NCBI GenBank assembly: GCA_029255605.1
Contig: JANLJF010000039.1
Location: forward strand, 6,399-70,398
Length of the DNA: 64,000 nt
Direction: 5' to 3'
Origin: Azovibrio restrictus
GTDB taxonomy: Bacteria > Bacteroidota > Bacteroidia > Chitinophagales > Chitinophagaceae
The notes under the pieces: model-generated
Told to the model about the DNA's origin: nothing
Databases searched by the model: none
What the model saw: the letters and a program-made list of their open reading frames with translations, nothing else
Shown: positions 49,164 through 58,271 of the stretch, in pieces
How positions within the stretch are numbered: the stretch's first letter is position 1
Layout of the letters: each line of letters opens with the position of its first letter
Made by a program: the position numbers and the translations under genes

Positions 49164-52100
49164 CTATTTGAAACTTCTACCGGCAGGAAAGATTTCAGGT
49201 TGTATAATTCTTCGGGATTTGAAATTCTTGGATTGTGATGCTGGCAGTTCACCATCCTTTTCATCAGCTCTCGTTGATGCAGCGACTTGCGTGCTTGTTT
49301 CCTCAATCATGGTCAGGTTCCTTAATAGCCTTGAAAAGTCATAACATTTCTGCACCACCACATGTACAACCCGCCCTTCAATTTGCAACTTGCCTTCAAC
49401 CATCAGTAATCTTGACTGTAATATCTCTTTACGATACTGGTCAAAAAGGTTTTTGAAAACTACCAGATTCATAACCCCCGTTTCATCTTCCAGGGTAATA
49501 AAGCAAATACCGCTCGCGGTACCGGGACGCTGCTTATTTAGAACAAGCCCGGCGACCTTAATAATATCACCGTCCTTATAATTATTAATATCAACCGCGG
49601 AGGCAATCTGTAATGCAGATAGTTTACCCCTCACAAAACTTACCGGATGTGATTTAAGTGATAATCCCATGGTTGCGTAATCATGAGCTACATGTTCGGA
49701 AAGTTGCATTTGAGGGAGTTGCACGGTTGATTCTGTTTCAGAGGCTGAAGTCTGTCCTTTATACATTCCGTTAGGCGTATCATAAAGTGCAGACACCTGC
49801 CATAATGCTTGCCGTCTATCCATTCCCATAGAGTGGAACGCATCTGCATCAGCAAGTTTTTCTAATGCAGCTTGTGATACACCTGCATCTTTCAATGCTT
49901 CAATAGTGGTATAATGCTGCTTACGGCCTGCCATTAAGAATTGTATATCTTCTGATTTCAAACCTTTTACTTGTCTAAATCCTAACCTCATCGCACAATA
50001 TTTACCGGCTTTCTCTTCAAGCGTATTATCCCAATCAGAATAATTTATATCTACTTCGCGAACTTTTACATCATGGTTCCTGGCATCTATAATGATTTGC
50101 GCGGGGTGATAGAAGCCCATAGGCCAGCTATTCAATAACGCACATGCAAACACATCAGGGTAGTGATATTTCAACCAGGCAGAAACATAAGCGAGTAACG
50201 CAAAACTAACGGCATGGCTTTCAGGAAAGCCATAACTACCGAAACCCTCCAACTGTCTGAATACTCTTTTTGCAAAGTCCTCTTTGTAACCCTTCTTAAT
50301 CATGCCCTGTATCAACTTCTTCTCATAATCGCTTACCTGACCTTTAGCTTTGAATGTAGCCATACTACGACGTAACCCATCCGCTTCTGCAGGTGTAAAT
50401 CCTGCGGCCACTATCGCTATTTCCATTGCCTGTTCCTGAAATAGGGGCACCCCCATCGTCCTGCTCAATATCGCACGCAATTCTTCAGAAGGATATTCTT
50501 CTTTTTCCTTTCCTTCCCTCCGTCTTAAATATGGGTGAACCATATCGCCTTGTATGGGCCCTGGCCTTACAATAGCCACTTCTATAACTAAGTCATAAAA
50601 ACACTTCGGCTTCAGCCTTGGCAACATGGACATCTGTGCACGGCTCTCAATCTGGAATACACCTATGGTATCGGCACGGCTCGTCATCTCATAAACATCG
50701 GCATCATCTTGCGGTATGTTAGCGAGCGTAAGGTTTCGACCATAATGAAGTTTTACTAAATCAAACGCTTTACGGATACAAGTAAGCATGCCTAATGCCA
50801 ATACGTCTACTTTAAGAAAACCAAGCGCTTCAATGTCATCCTTGTTCCACTCTATACACGTTCTATCCTTCATCCTTGCATTCATTACAGGGCATAGGTT
50901 AGAAAGTTTGTCTTGTGTTATCACAAAACCACCTGTATGCTGGCCGAGTTGCCTTGGGAAACTGATGAATTGTTGTGTTAGTTGTAATACTTTCAAAAGG
51001 TGCGGGTCATTGGCATTAAATCCGTCAGTGGTTATTTTACCGCCTCTGAACCAGTCATCGGTGAACTCCCAGGACGCTTTTGCCAACCTGTCGGTCGTAT
51101 CAACAGACAGGCCCATCGCTTTCGCAATATCCCGAACGGCTCCACGATAATGGAGTTGCGTAACAGTGGCTACAATAGCCGCCCTGTCACGACCATATTT
51201 TTCATACACATACTGTATCACTTCTTCCCGTCTTTCATGCTCAAAGTCCACATCTATATCAGGTGGTTCGTCCCTCGCATCAGACATAAAACGGGCAAAT
51301 AGCAATTTAAATTTGGAAGGGTCAACTGAAGTAATACCAAGGCAATAACATACAGCGGAATTAGCGGCTGAACCTCTACCCTGGCACAGTATGTTCCTGC
51401 TTCTTGCAAAACGTACCAGGTCATGCACTGTCAGGAAATAAGCTGCGTAATTCTTCCGCTCTATGAAATCAAGCTCGTACTCTATGGATTTGACAATGTG
51501 TGCGGGTATATTATTCTTGAACTGCTCGTTGGCGCCTGACCAGGTCAAATGGACTAATTCTTCCTGTGGCGACCTTCCTTCAGTAGTTATCTCTTCGGGA
51601 TAAACGTATTCAAGGCTGTCCAGTGAAAATTGACAGGCACTTGCTATTTCCCGTGTTCTTGAGATAGCATCCGGGTATTGGGCAAAGAGGCGCTGCATCT
51701 CTTTTTCACCTTTGAGATACCTTTCTGCATTCTGGTAAAGTTTATAGCCGGCAGTATGGATGGTACACTTTTCACGTATACAAGTAACGACATCCTGCAA
51801 TTCCCTCCTTTCTGCCGTGTGGTAATGCACATCGTTCATAGCGACCAGTGGCACTTTCATTTGTTCCGCCAGTTTTGCAAGGCGATATAACTTCTTATTG
51901 TCATTGGCATGGTACGAACGTATCGCACCTAAATACAAGTTCCTGCCAAGGGCTATACGGTAATCGCTGAGCGCCTGTTTATAATGCGTTTCGATGTCGT
52001 ATTCCTTATTCAAAGAAGGTGGGGGCACCATGATGAATTTGATACCTTTTGAATACCTGAACACGTCGGCTTTGTATAAATGGCATTTTCCCTTTTCAGC

Positions 52101-52394
52101 ACGCATATTACCTTCGGACAATAAGGCACAGAGTCTTTCGTAGGCCGCTTTATCGGTAGGGTAAGCCAATAGTGGCGGACCATCCAATAGTTCAAGGCGG
52201 CAACCCGGAATGACCCTGATATTTTTACCACGTGCGGCCATATGTGCACGCACGATGCCCGCAAGGGTGTTATGGTCTGTTATGGCAATTTCGGTATAGC
52301 CTAACCGCGCGGCTTCTTCCACCAGCTCTTCGGGATGAGAACCGCCGCGTAAAAAGGAAAAGTTCGTCGTTACTTGTAATTCCGTGTAATTCAT
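49164..52394 (-). CDS. dnaE2: Error-prone DNA polymerase DnaE2 (ImuC)
   Basis: Y.EL.V.TNFSFLRGGSHPEELV, GRGSAANS.VCY.LGIT, PPDIDVDFEHERREEVIQY, QIESRAQMSMLPRL, YGFPESHA, OB fold QRPGTA.G..FITLEDETG. Confidence 0.95.
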   Translation of the reverse strand: MNYTELQVTTNFSFLRGGSHPEELVEEAARLGYTEIAITDHNTLAGIVRAHMAARGKNIRVIPGCRLELLDGPPLLAYPTDKAAYERLCALLSEGNMRAEKGKCHLYKADVFRYSKGIKFIMVPPPSLNKEYDIETHYKQALSDYRIALGRNLYLGAIRSYHANDNKKLYRLAKLAEQMKVPLVAMNDVHYHTAERRELQDVVTCIREKCTIHTAGYKLYQNAERYLKGEKEMQRLFAQYPDAISRTREIASACQFSLDSLEYVYPEEITTEGRSPQEELVHLTWSGANEQFKNNIPAHIVKSIEYELDFIERKNYAAYFLTVHDLVRFARSRNILCQGRGSAANSAVCYCLGITSVDPSKFKLLFARFMSDARDEPPDIDVDFEHERREEVIQYVYEKYGRDRAAIVATVTQLHYRGAVRDIAKAMGLSVDTTDRLAKASWEFTDDWFRGGKITTDGFNANDPHLLKVLQLTQQFISFPRQLGQHTGGFVITQDKLSNLCPVMNARMKDRTCIEWNKDDIEALGFLKVDVLALGMLTCIRKAFDLVKLHYGRNLTLANIPQDDADVYEMTSRADTIGVFQIESRAQMSMLPRLKPKCFYDLVIEVAIVRPGPIQGDMVHPYLRRREGKEKEEYPSEELRAILSRTMGVPLFQEQAMEIAIVAAGFTPAEADGLRRSMATFKAKGQVSDYEKKLIQGMIKKGYKEDFAKRVFRQLEGFGSYGFPESHAVSFALLAYVSAWLKYHYPDVFACALLNSWPMGFYHPAQIIIDARNHDVKVREVDINYSDWDNTLEEKAGKYCAMRLGFRQVKGLKSEDIQFLMAGRKQHYTTIEALKDAGVSQAALEKLADADAFHSMGMDRRQALWQVSALYDTPNGMYKGQTSASETESTVQLPQMQLSEHVAHDYATMGLSLKSHPVSFVRGKLSALQIASAVDINNYKDGDIIKVAGLVLNKQRPGTASGICFITLEDETGVMNLVVFKNLFDQYRKEILQSRLLMVEGKLQIEGRVVHVVVQKCYDFSRLLRNLTMIEETSTQVAASTRADEKDGELPASQSKNFKSRRIIQPEIFPAGRSFK

Positions 52395-52406
52395 GCTTCA
52401 CATGTT

Positions 52407-53909
52407 CTATCCAAAAAATCCGTGGACGTACCATTGCGGTTCACCGCTGTCATAATGGCCTAACCTGAATAACCAATAGCGCGCACCGTTTTCGTCTTCC
52501 ACGCAATAATAGTCCCTGTACATACCGCCTGTGAGCCACCATTCCTGTTCGATTCGTTCAGGGCCGTCCGCTTTAGTTACCTTATGCAACACGCCTTTGT
52601 AGTGGAAGAGCATTGGCGGATAATCCGGTATGGGTACTGTAACCTCGATACGCTCAGGATTATGCAGCAAATGCAGCGGACGCGGCGACTCGTCGCGCCA
52701 CTGTGTTGTAGGCATTTCTTGCACCGAACCCGCAAGTTTCATAGCCCTCTCGGGCCAGTAGTGCTCGGCAGGCAAATAACGGCATATCGCCTGCTTTCCG
52801 ACTTTACCGGCTATCCTGTCTAACAACTCTGCAATAGCGACATCATTTCCCTCCTCTTTCCTGTTCCATATTGCTTCCTGTTCAGGTGATATGCGTTCAG
52901 TCTCTCTGCCTTCTAACACGAACAGTTCAAATCCCAATGCCGGTTCTATAGCAGGTATCTTCAGTTCGAATAGTTTGAAAAGATGAGCCGCATTACGGGA
53001 CGGCCTGTTGGTACCTATCTCGATTTTCTGCACATTTCCGTCTATCCTGTAACAACAGAGCAAACAACTGCGTAAACCAATCTCGTCTTTAGCCATTCTT
53101 GCACACAATCCTTCGAGTAGCTGTTTTAATGCTATCTCAATACCTGTCGCCGTACGGATAGGCTCTAAGGATGGCAATCGTTCCTGATATGGGACAACCG
53201 GATTTACCGGTTCAATTGTTTCTATCTCTTGCCCAAGTGCCTGGTCTATACGTTGTAATAAAGACTGCCCAAATCGTCTGCGTAGTGCACCGCGAGGCAT
53301 CCGAATGAAATCTTTTACCTGGTACAATCCCAGTTTTTCCAATCGCTGCGCAATGGATGTTTCAATGCGCAATGCTGAAGGTGGTAAGTGCAATAGTGCA
53401 CTCAACTGCTCACCAGCCTTTATTATTGAATATGCAGGGCGGCCATAACGTGCAACTGCCCATGCGGTACCTATAGTATCAGCCATACAAATACGCACAT
53501 CGTACCCTAACTTTCTGAATTTCTCAAGTATATCCGCAACGTATCGTTCTTCTCCGCCCCACAGATGTGCACAACCGCTTGCGTTCAGTATGATTCCATC
53601 CGGCAGGTCTATAGCTACGACGGGAGTATACCTGATGCACCATTCGCCAATGGCCGTCAATAGCTTTTCATTTAACCCCGGTGTGTCGTCAATGACCTGC
53701 AGTGAAGGAAGGATGGCCCTGCTGTCTGCTACCGCCATTCCAATGTTGACACCTTTCCCTCGGGCCACGTCGTTTGCCCCTTTTACTATGGCCCTGCCTC
53801 TTTCTGTTGAAGATAATACGAACGGCACATTGCGCAGATACGGTTGTCTTCTCATTAACCAATCCGTGCAAAGACTGCTGAACCATATGGATACATATCG
53901 CCTTTCCAT
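52407..53909 (-). CDS. imuB: Y-family polymerase-like protein ImuB
   Basis: G...GM.VAD.RA..P.L, RYTP.VA.D.PDG..L..SGCAHLWGGE, C-terminal GPERIE.EWW....RDYY..ED..G.RYWLFR. Confidence 0.92.
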   Translation of the reverse strand: MERRYVSIWFSSLCTDWLMRRQPYLRNVPFVLSSTERGRAIVKGANDVARGKGVNIGMAVADSRAILPSLQVIDDTPGLNEKLLTAIGEWCIRYTPVVAIDLPDGIILNASGCAHLWGGEERYVADILEKFRKLGYDVRICMADTIGTAWAVARYGRPAYSIIKAGEQLSALLHLPPSALRIETSIAQRLEKLGLYQVKDFIRMPRGALRRRFGQSLLQRIDQALGQEIETIEPVNPVVPYQERLPSLEPIRTATGIEIALKQLLEGLCARMAKDEIGLRSCLLCCYRIDGNVQKIEIGTNRPSRNAAHLFKLFELKIPAIEPALGFELFVLEGRETERISPEQEAIWNRKEEGNDVAIAELLDRIAGKVGKQAICRYLPAEHYWPERAMKLAGSVQEMPTTQWRDESPRPLHLLHNPERIEVTVPIPDYPPMLFHYKGVLHKVTKADGPERIEQEWWLTGGMYRDYYCVEDENGARYWLFRLGHYDSGEPQWYVHGFFG

Positions 53910-54643
53910 TACGCTGTCCTGCTTTTGTGTATCGCAGGTATAGAAACTGCCTTATCTGCTGTTACACTGAATGTATTTGTGTTCCACTCCACCTGCCAGG
54001 CACCGGGTATGCCATTGCGCACCTTAAGTAGTTGCACATGCCATTTAGGGAAACCGACACCCGGCAGGTCATCTATTGGTGTGCTCGGTAAAATCTTTAT
54101 ACTCCAGCGAGCGACGCTTGCGACCGCATTTTTATTCTTCGGTTTGAAACGGTGTATAAATCCGGTTACGTTACTATGCTCAACGGCTAACTGCAACCTG
54201 CGTGATTCTGTGAAACCCAGTTCCTGTATCTCACCCACTACGGCAACCAATGCTTCGCATTTCAATGCCTCTTCAATTACCCACAGTGCGTCTTTAGGTT
54301 TAATGAGGTCTATAAAGACCAGGTTCGCAGGGTCTATACCATATGATTTCAATGCCGGCGGGTAAATAGTGCGATTGGTACTTACCCATAGGCAAATGCC
54401 TTTTCTTCTTGTCAGTTTACTGAGCAGGCTTGCTATAAAGCAATTGGTAGCAACTGCATGTTCGGAGCTATCGCTTACAAACTCATGGATGGTGCCTGTT
54501 GGAAATTTTCTATTTGGAAAATTGTTTTCAATGCTGCTTAAATCGGTCTGCTGCTGCCTTTGCTCAACTATGCCCTTAAAACCCTGCAGGGTTAAAACTT
54601 CTTTTCGAAGCCTTGCTACAATATCTGATTTCTGTGCCTGCAC
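53909..54643 (-). CDS. imuA: RecA-like protein ImuA
   Basis: FP.G.IHEF, YPPAL..YGI.P....F, WVIEEALKC, SRRLQLAVE, W...L.KVRNG.PG.W. Confidence 0.9.
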   Translation of the reverse strand: MQAQKSDIVARLRKEVLTLQGFKGIVEQRQQQTDLSSIENNFPNRKFPTGTIHEFVSDSSEHAVATNCFIASLLSKLTRRKGICLWVSTNRTIYPPALKSYGIDPANLVFIDLIKPKDALWVIEEALKCEALVAVVGEIQELGFTESRRLQLAVEHSNVTGFIHRFKPKNKNAVASVARWSIKILPSTPIDDLPGVGFPKWHVQLLKVRNGIPGAWQVEWNTNTFSVTADKAVSIPAIHKSRTA

Positions 54644-54656
54644 AAAATGGGCTTAT

Positions 54657-54670
54657 TGTACAATTGTACA
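54657..54670. promoter_or_regulatory. Perfect 14-bp palindrome just upstream of imuA
   Basis: TGTACAATTGTACA, adjacent to a minus-strand TAAATTTG -7 element (54671-54678). Confidence 0.45.
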
Positions 54671-54696
54671 CAAATTTATGCCAAATACGGCTTAAA

Positions 54697-54716
54697 TATT
54701 GAACATATGTTTAATA
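54697..54716. promoter_or_regulatory. Near-perfect 20-bp palindrome with GAAC-N4-GTTY core (SOS-box-like) upstream of imuA
   Basis: TATTGAACATATGTTTAATA, in the expected -33 region of the imuA promoter. Confidence 0.5.
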
Positions 54717-54780
54717 AATGTGATAAAATTCGCTACTGGCAACATGTATATTAATTTAATTAATTGAAATATCTTCTATG

Positions 54781-55347
54781 CTACCGCAATGTTCGTAGCG
54801 TAACAGAAATACGAATTTCCTTTACCGGGGATATGCTATGTTCCCAGTCTGTTCGTGCTTCATCTTTTATGACATAAACAGACCGGCGCTTTACAGTAAA
54901 GGAGATGATGGATTTTCTGTTCTGCTTCGCTTTATCATATGGGCGAAACCTGAAAGTACAGTCGGACAATAATGAAACACCGATTATCATATCAAAAGGT
55001 GGTGCGTCACGGTGCCAATTGATAACTGAACCAACGGGATACTCGGTCACAAGCACCTCTGCGAGGCTTTCTGCCGGAATTGTCAAGAATGCAGCCACTT
55101 TTTCAATAAGCGGTATTAAACCTTTAGGTATTGCTTTCCCCTTCGTTACAGTTCTCTTATCAAAGTTGTAATCATATCCATAGCTCTCCACCTTACGCTT
55201 GGCCTCGAATCCCTGGAATATGAGCGGATGCAGGTCTAACTTACCAATTACAGCTAACAATCCAGTTTCCTCCTGTTCGGTAATGAAATCAGGGAAGTAA
55301 CCGAAACCATATGGCAGAACAGGTATAGAATCAAAAAGTGTCTGCAT
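54781..55347 (-). CDS. alkB: AlkB-like 2OG-Fe(II) dioxygenase
   Basis: R.V..YG.DY.F, LVTEY..G..I.WH.D, R..WEHSI, RIS.TLR (HxD...H...R); start at MQTLFD. Confidence 0.85.
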   Translation of the reverse strand: MQTLFDSIPVLPYGFGYFPDFITEQEETGLLAVIGKLDLHPLIFQGFEAKRKVESYGYDYNFDKRTVTKGKAIPKGLIPLIEKVAAFLTIPAESLAEVLVTEYPVGSVINWHRDAPPFDMIIGVSLLSDCTFRFRPYDKAKQNRKSIISFTVKRRSVYVIKDEARTDWEHSISPVKEIRISVTLRTLR

Positions 55348-55421
55348 AACACGATACCTGGTAAAATTTAATGCCAAACCTATTATATGTTGGGCATGTA
55401 ATTACCGAGGATATAGTTTGC

Positions 55422-55874
55422 TCATGGTTTGTAATTTAAAACCTCGGCAATAGGAATAAAAATGACCAACACGTGGCCTGTTTTTGTTTCAGCCAAACGG
55501 CTCCTGTAAGCATAGTATTCTAAAAGACTGTGCATTTTGCGAGCCGGTATAGATGCGCTTATCATACTTTTTAACTTTCGCGAGGCTCTGAATGGGCTTT
55601 TTAGTTTATGCTCAAACAAAAAGGAGTTATCTGCGTCGATATCCACTATTACCTCACCATTCCTCGTTGCCAATACAGGAACCGCCAGGGAGATATTTTC
55701 AAGAGCGGCTTTAAGGCGACTGATAAATTCAGGGTCTGTTTTGGGCTTATTAACATCGAGACAATCGGCAGGATAACCATTCAGTTTATAAAATTCTTCC
55801 TGTTTCTCAGCCTTTGGTTTATCTATCAGGTAATACAAAAGGTTTTCGATGTCTTCGGTTTCGTAATCATACAT
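55422..55874 (-). CDS. Hypothetical protein
   Basis: 150-aa ORF co-oriented with neighbours. Confidence 0.6.
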   Translation of the reverse strand: MYDYETEDIENLLYYLIDKPKAEKQEEFYKLNGYPADCLDVNKPKTDPEFISRLKAALENISLAVPVLATRNGEVIVDIDADNSFLFEHKLKSPFRASRKLKSMISASIPARKMHSLLEYYAYRSRLAETKTGHVLVIFIPIAEVLNYKP

Positions 55875-55911
55875 TTGCCGCTTTTATCTTAAATAGCTAA
55901 TTCAAGCAATA

Positions 55912-55947
55912 AAAAAGGGGACTGTCAATATTGACAGTCCCCTTTTT
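55912..55947. terminator. Perfect 36-bp palindrome, bidirectional terminator
   Basis: aaaaaggggactgtcaatattgacagtccccttttt, immediately after the methyltransferase stop. Confidence 0.8.
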
Positions 55948-55949
55948 AT

Positions 55950-56894
55950 TTAAGCTGCTGCTTTCTCGAGTATTTCGGAATAAATATGCCTGCATATGGC
56001 TTCAGCAAAAGGTGGCAATACCATCATACCTAATTTCTTTGTAAGCTCTGCATCGGAAATAAGTCCATTAAAATCATATTCATCCATATGAGCCAATACT
56101 TTCCTGTCTTGAATCGTCAACTTTTGCCAAAGACCGTTCCTGAATATCTCAACGTCGCTGCTTGTCATGGTAGGAAATAACTTAGTCCTGCCATCGATGA
56201 TTCTTACTCTATCTCCCGATTGCTTTCTAAAGCCTTTATGCCTTATCAGTTCGGCACCAATTGTAGCGAAAGCAGATTGTTTGTTCATATCAACAGGATT
56301 TGGCACTGGATAAGATGGCTTTACAACTAAGTCTTTTCTGACAAGCATTATCATCGCGCGATTGCGCGACTGAAAACATCCGAAGTTCTCAGCGTTTAAA
56401 ACCTTTACGTCCCAATGATAATTGCCTAAAAGTTCAATCTCATTGACGAAGTAATTAAAGAACGGGCGCATGGGTTTGGATAGCAAAGTCGGTACCTGCT
56501 CAATAAGTACAACTTTAGGCTGTATCTCTTTGACCAACCTTAGCATCTCTATCATCAGGAAGTTCAAGGCATGGAACACACTTCTGAAATTCGCATTCAG
56601 CAAAGTGATACCAAAACAGGGAGGCCCTCCCACTAACAGGTCAAGCTCACCTTTTGCGATGTCTATACCGATTGCATTCAAAGCGTTTCTGATGTCTTTA
56701 TCGAATATAAGGTCCCTGACATCTTTGACGAGGAATATATCTTTACCCTTGTGTTCCCATATAACAGGGGCTACAGTGCTTGCCAGTTCTTCAATATCAG
56801 AAGAGAACGGTGCATTGAAACCGGCACGCCTCGCGCCGGTTTCAAGACCTTGTAAATTGGAGAATAATCCGAATGCTATTTTTTTACGTGACAT
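55950..56894 (-). CDS. Divergent DNA (cytosine-5)-methyltransferase-like protein
   Basis: GGPPC, LIEQVP.L, LNAENFG..Q.RNR, LT..DR..L, LGMMVLPP; motif I is FSNLQG instead of FxGxGG; start at MSRKKIAF. Confidence 0.8.
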   Translation of the reverse strand: MSRKKIAFGLFSNLQGLETGARRAGFNAPFSSDIEELASTVAPVIWEHKGKDIFLVKDVRDLIFDKDIRNALNAIGIDIAKGELDLLVGGPPCFGITLLNANFRSVFHALNFLMIEMLRLVKEIQPKVVLIEQVPTLLSKPMRPFFNYFVNEIELLGNYHWDVKVLNAENFGCFQSRNRAMIMLVRKDLVVKPSYPVPNPVDMNKQSAFATIGAELIRHKGFRKQSGDRVRIIDGRTKLFPTMTSSDVEIFRNGLWQKLTIQDRKVLAHMDEYDFNGLISDAELTKKLGMMVLPPFAEAICRHIYSEILEKAAA

Positions 56895-56919
56895 ACTTTT
56901 GTTTTTAAGGATTAAGAGA

Positions 56920-57948
56920 TTAGGCCGCCAGATTATCTGAATTATAAATGATGACCTGTATCTGGCTGTTATCAGGACCTTTGAATACGTGGAACTGGCT
57001 TCCATCAACATTGTGTTGTATGCCACCACCATATTTAATGTTACCCGTTCCTTTACCGAATATCTCAGCGCTGATGCTGCCGTTGTCTGCCTGTAACTTC
57101 ATCTCTTTGCCTGATGCGAACCTGATGACCAATTCCTGAATACTTTCACAAGGCACTGTTTGTTTCTGGCCGGCAAAATCCCAGTCATCTGTTTCGACCT
57201 TCGCCGGTTTTATTCCATCGGCTGCAATGACATCTGTTTGACAACTCTCACATTCAATGCCTGCCGTGTCCGTACTGATGGCTATTTCCTCCGTTGTATC
57301 ACTGCCATCGACTTCAGATTCAACATGTGAAGGTGCTGGCGTAGTATCAGCCTTAGACTCGGTTGTCAACTCCGATGTATTCACTTGTATATCCGGCTTA
57401 CGAACCTTAGGCAGTGATTCCAATGCTTCTGTAAAGGTCATGTCGCCGTCATCAATCTTACTTAACAGGTCAGGGTTGTACTTGTATATTCTTTCCAACT
57501 GGTTTATCATGCCATAACTGTATCCCACCAGGAAACCTATTTTTCTATTTATCTCTTCGCCAGGCACTTCCTCTTTCCAAATTTTGCCGGCCTCTGTTTC
57601 ATTCATATACTTTCTGAGTGATGCAATAAGTTCTGCCTGTTGCAAGCGTGAAAGCCTGCGCCGCATGTTTTTAAAACTTATCACCTGTATTGCCGCATCG
57701 CTATCAATGTCAAGCATTGTCACTTCCATTTCTTTCAATCCCATCCTCATTGCTGTTTCAACGGCTTCGAAATTGTGAAGCACGTCTTTGTTTGTAGTGC
57801 ATATAACGTCTCCTGGCGGCAGGCTGAATTTTATATATTGGCCTACCTCAAAGTCAGTTATTTTTGTCTTCCCATATTTTGCCAGAAATGGGTTCATCGT
57901 CAAATCTGTAGTCTTTACTGTAGTCTTATTTGCTGTTATTTTCTTCAT
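56920..57948 (-). CDS. ParB-like protein with degenerate CTPase motif, HTH and acidic linker
   Basis: ETAMRMGLKEMEV..LD...A..I....N.RR.LS..QQA.LI, HTH RKIGFLVGYSYGMINQL, LL.KID.G.MT.TEA; GxxRxxA box replaced by HNFEAVETA. Confidence 0.65.
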   Translation of the reverse strand: MKKITANKTTVKTTDLTMNPFLAKYGKTKITDFEVGQYIKFSLPPGDVICTTNKDVLHNFEAVETAMRMGLKEMEVTMLDIDSDAAIQVISFKNMRRRLSRLQQAELIASLRKYMNETEAGKIWKEEVPGEEINRKIGFLVGYSYGMINQLERIYKYNPDLLSKIDDGDMTFTEALESLPKVRKPDIQVNTSELTTESKADTTPAPSHVESEVDGSDTTEEIAISTDTAGIECESCQTDVIAADGIKPAKVETDDWDFAGQKQTVPCESIQELVIRFASGKEMKLQADNGSISAEIFGKGTGNIKYGGGIQHNVDGSQFHVFKGPDNSQIQVIIYNSDNLAA

Positions 57949-58024
57949 ATTATTATTTGTTTAACTTCTAGATATTGTGAATTGATTTTGAAAATTTAAT
58001 AACGTCGTGAAGTGTGAGGGCCCG

Positions 58025-58168
58025 TCACATTTCAAGCCAGTCAAAATGATTGATAATGGTAGGTTGCATTCCCATCATCCCGTCTTTCAAAGAACTCTGA
58101 TTTAATCGCAGATACTCTTTACGTGCAGCAGCAATTAAAATCTGAAACGAAGATATTGGCAGGGTCAT
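58025..58168 (-). CDS. Possible small ORF (47 aa) upstream of the ParB-like gene
   Basis: MTLPISSFQILIAAARKEYLRLNQSSLKDGMMGMQPTIINHFDWLEM; below the ORF-track cutoff. Confidence 0.25.
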   Translation of the reverse strand: MTLPISSFQILIAAARKEYLRLNQSSLKDGMMGMQPTIINHFDWLEM

Positions 58169-58271
58169 ATTTATGACGTAGATTAGTCGCCCAAATGGAA
58201 AATGTAAATTGTCGATAGACGCCTAATCCCTTTACAGTAAGGGATTTCGGCGAACAAAGAATAATTTTCAA

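Noticed and set aside
54781-55347. TET/JBP-type 5mC oxidase interpretation of the 2OG-Fe(II) gene
   Set aside because: Motif spacing and the R.V..YG.DY and RIS.TLR segments fit AlkB-type repair enzymes better
56895-57032. Longer 360-aa start for the second methyltransferase given in the ORF track
   Set aside because: It overlaps the ParB-like gene, and motif I begins right after Met at 56894
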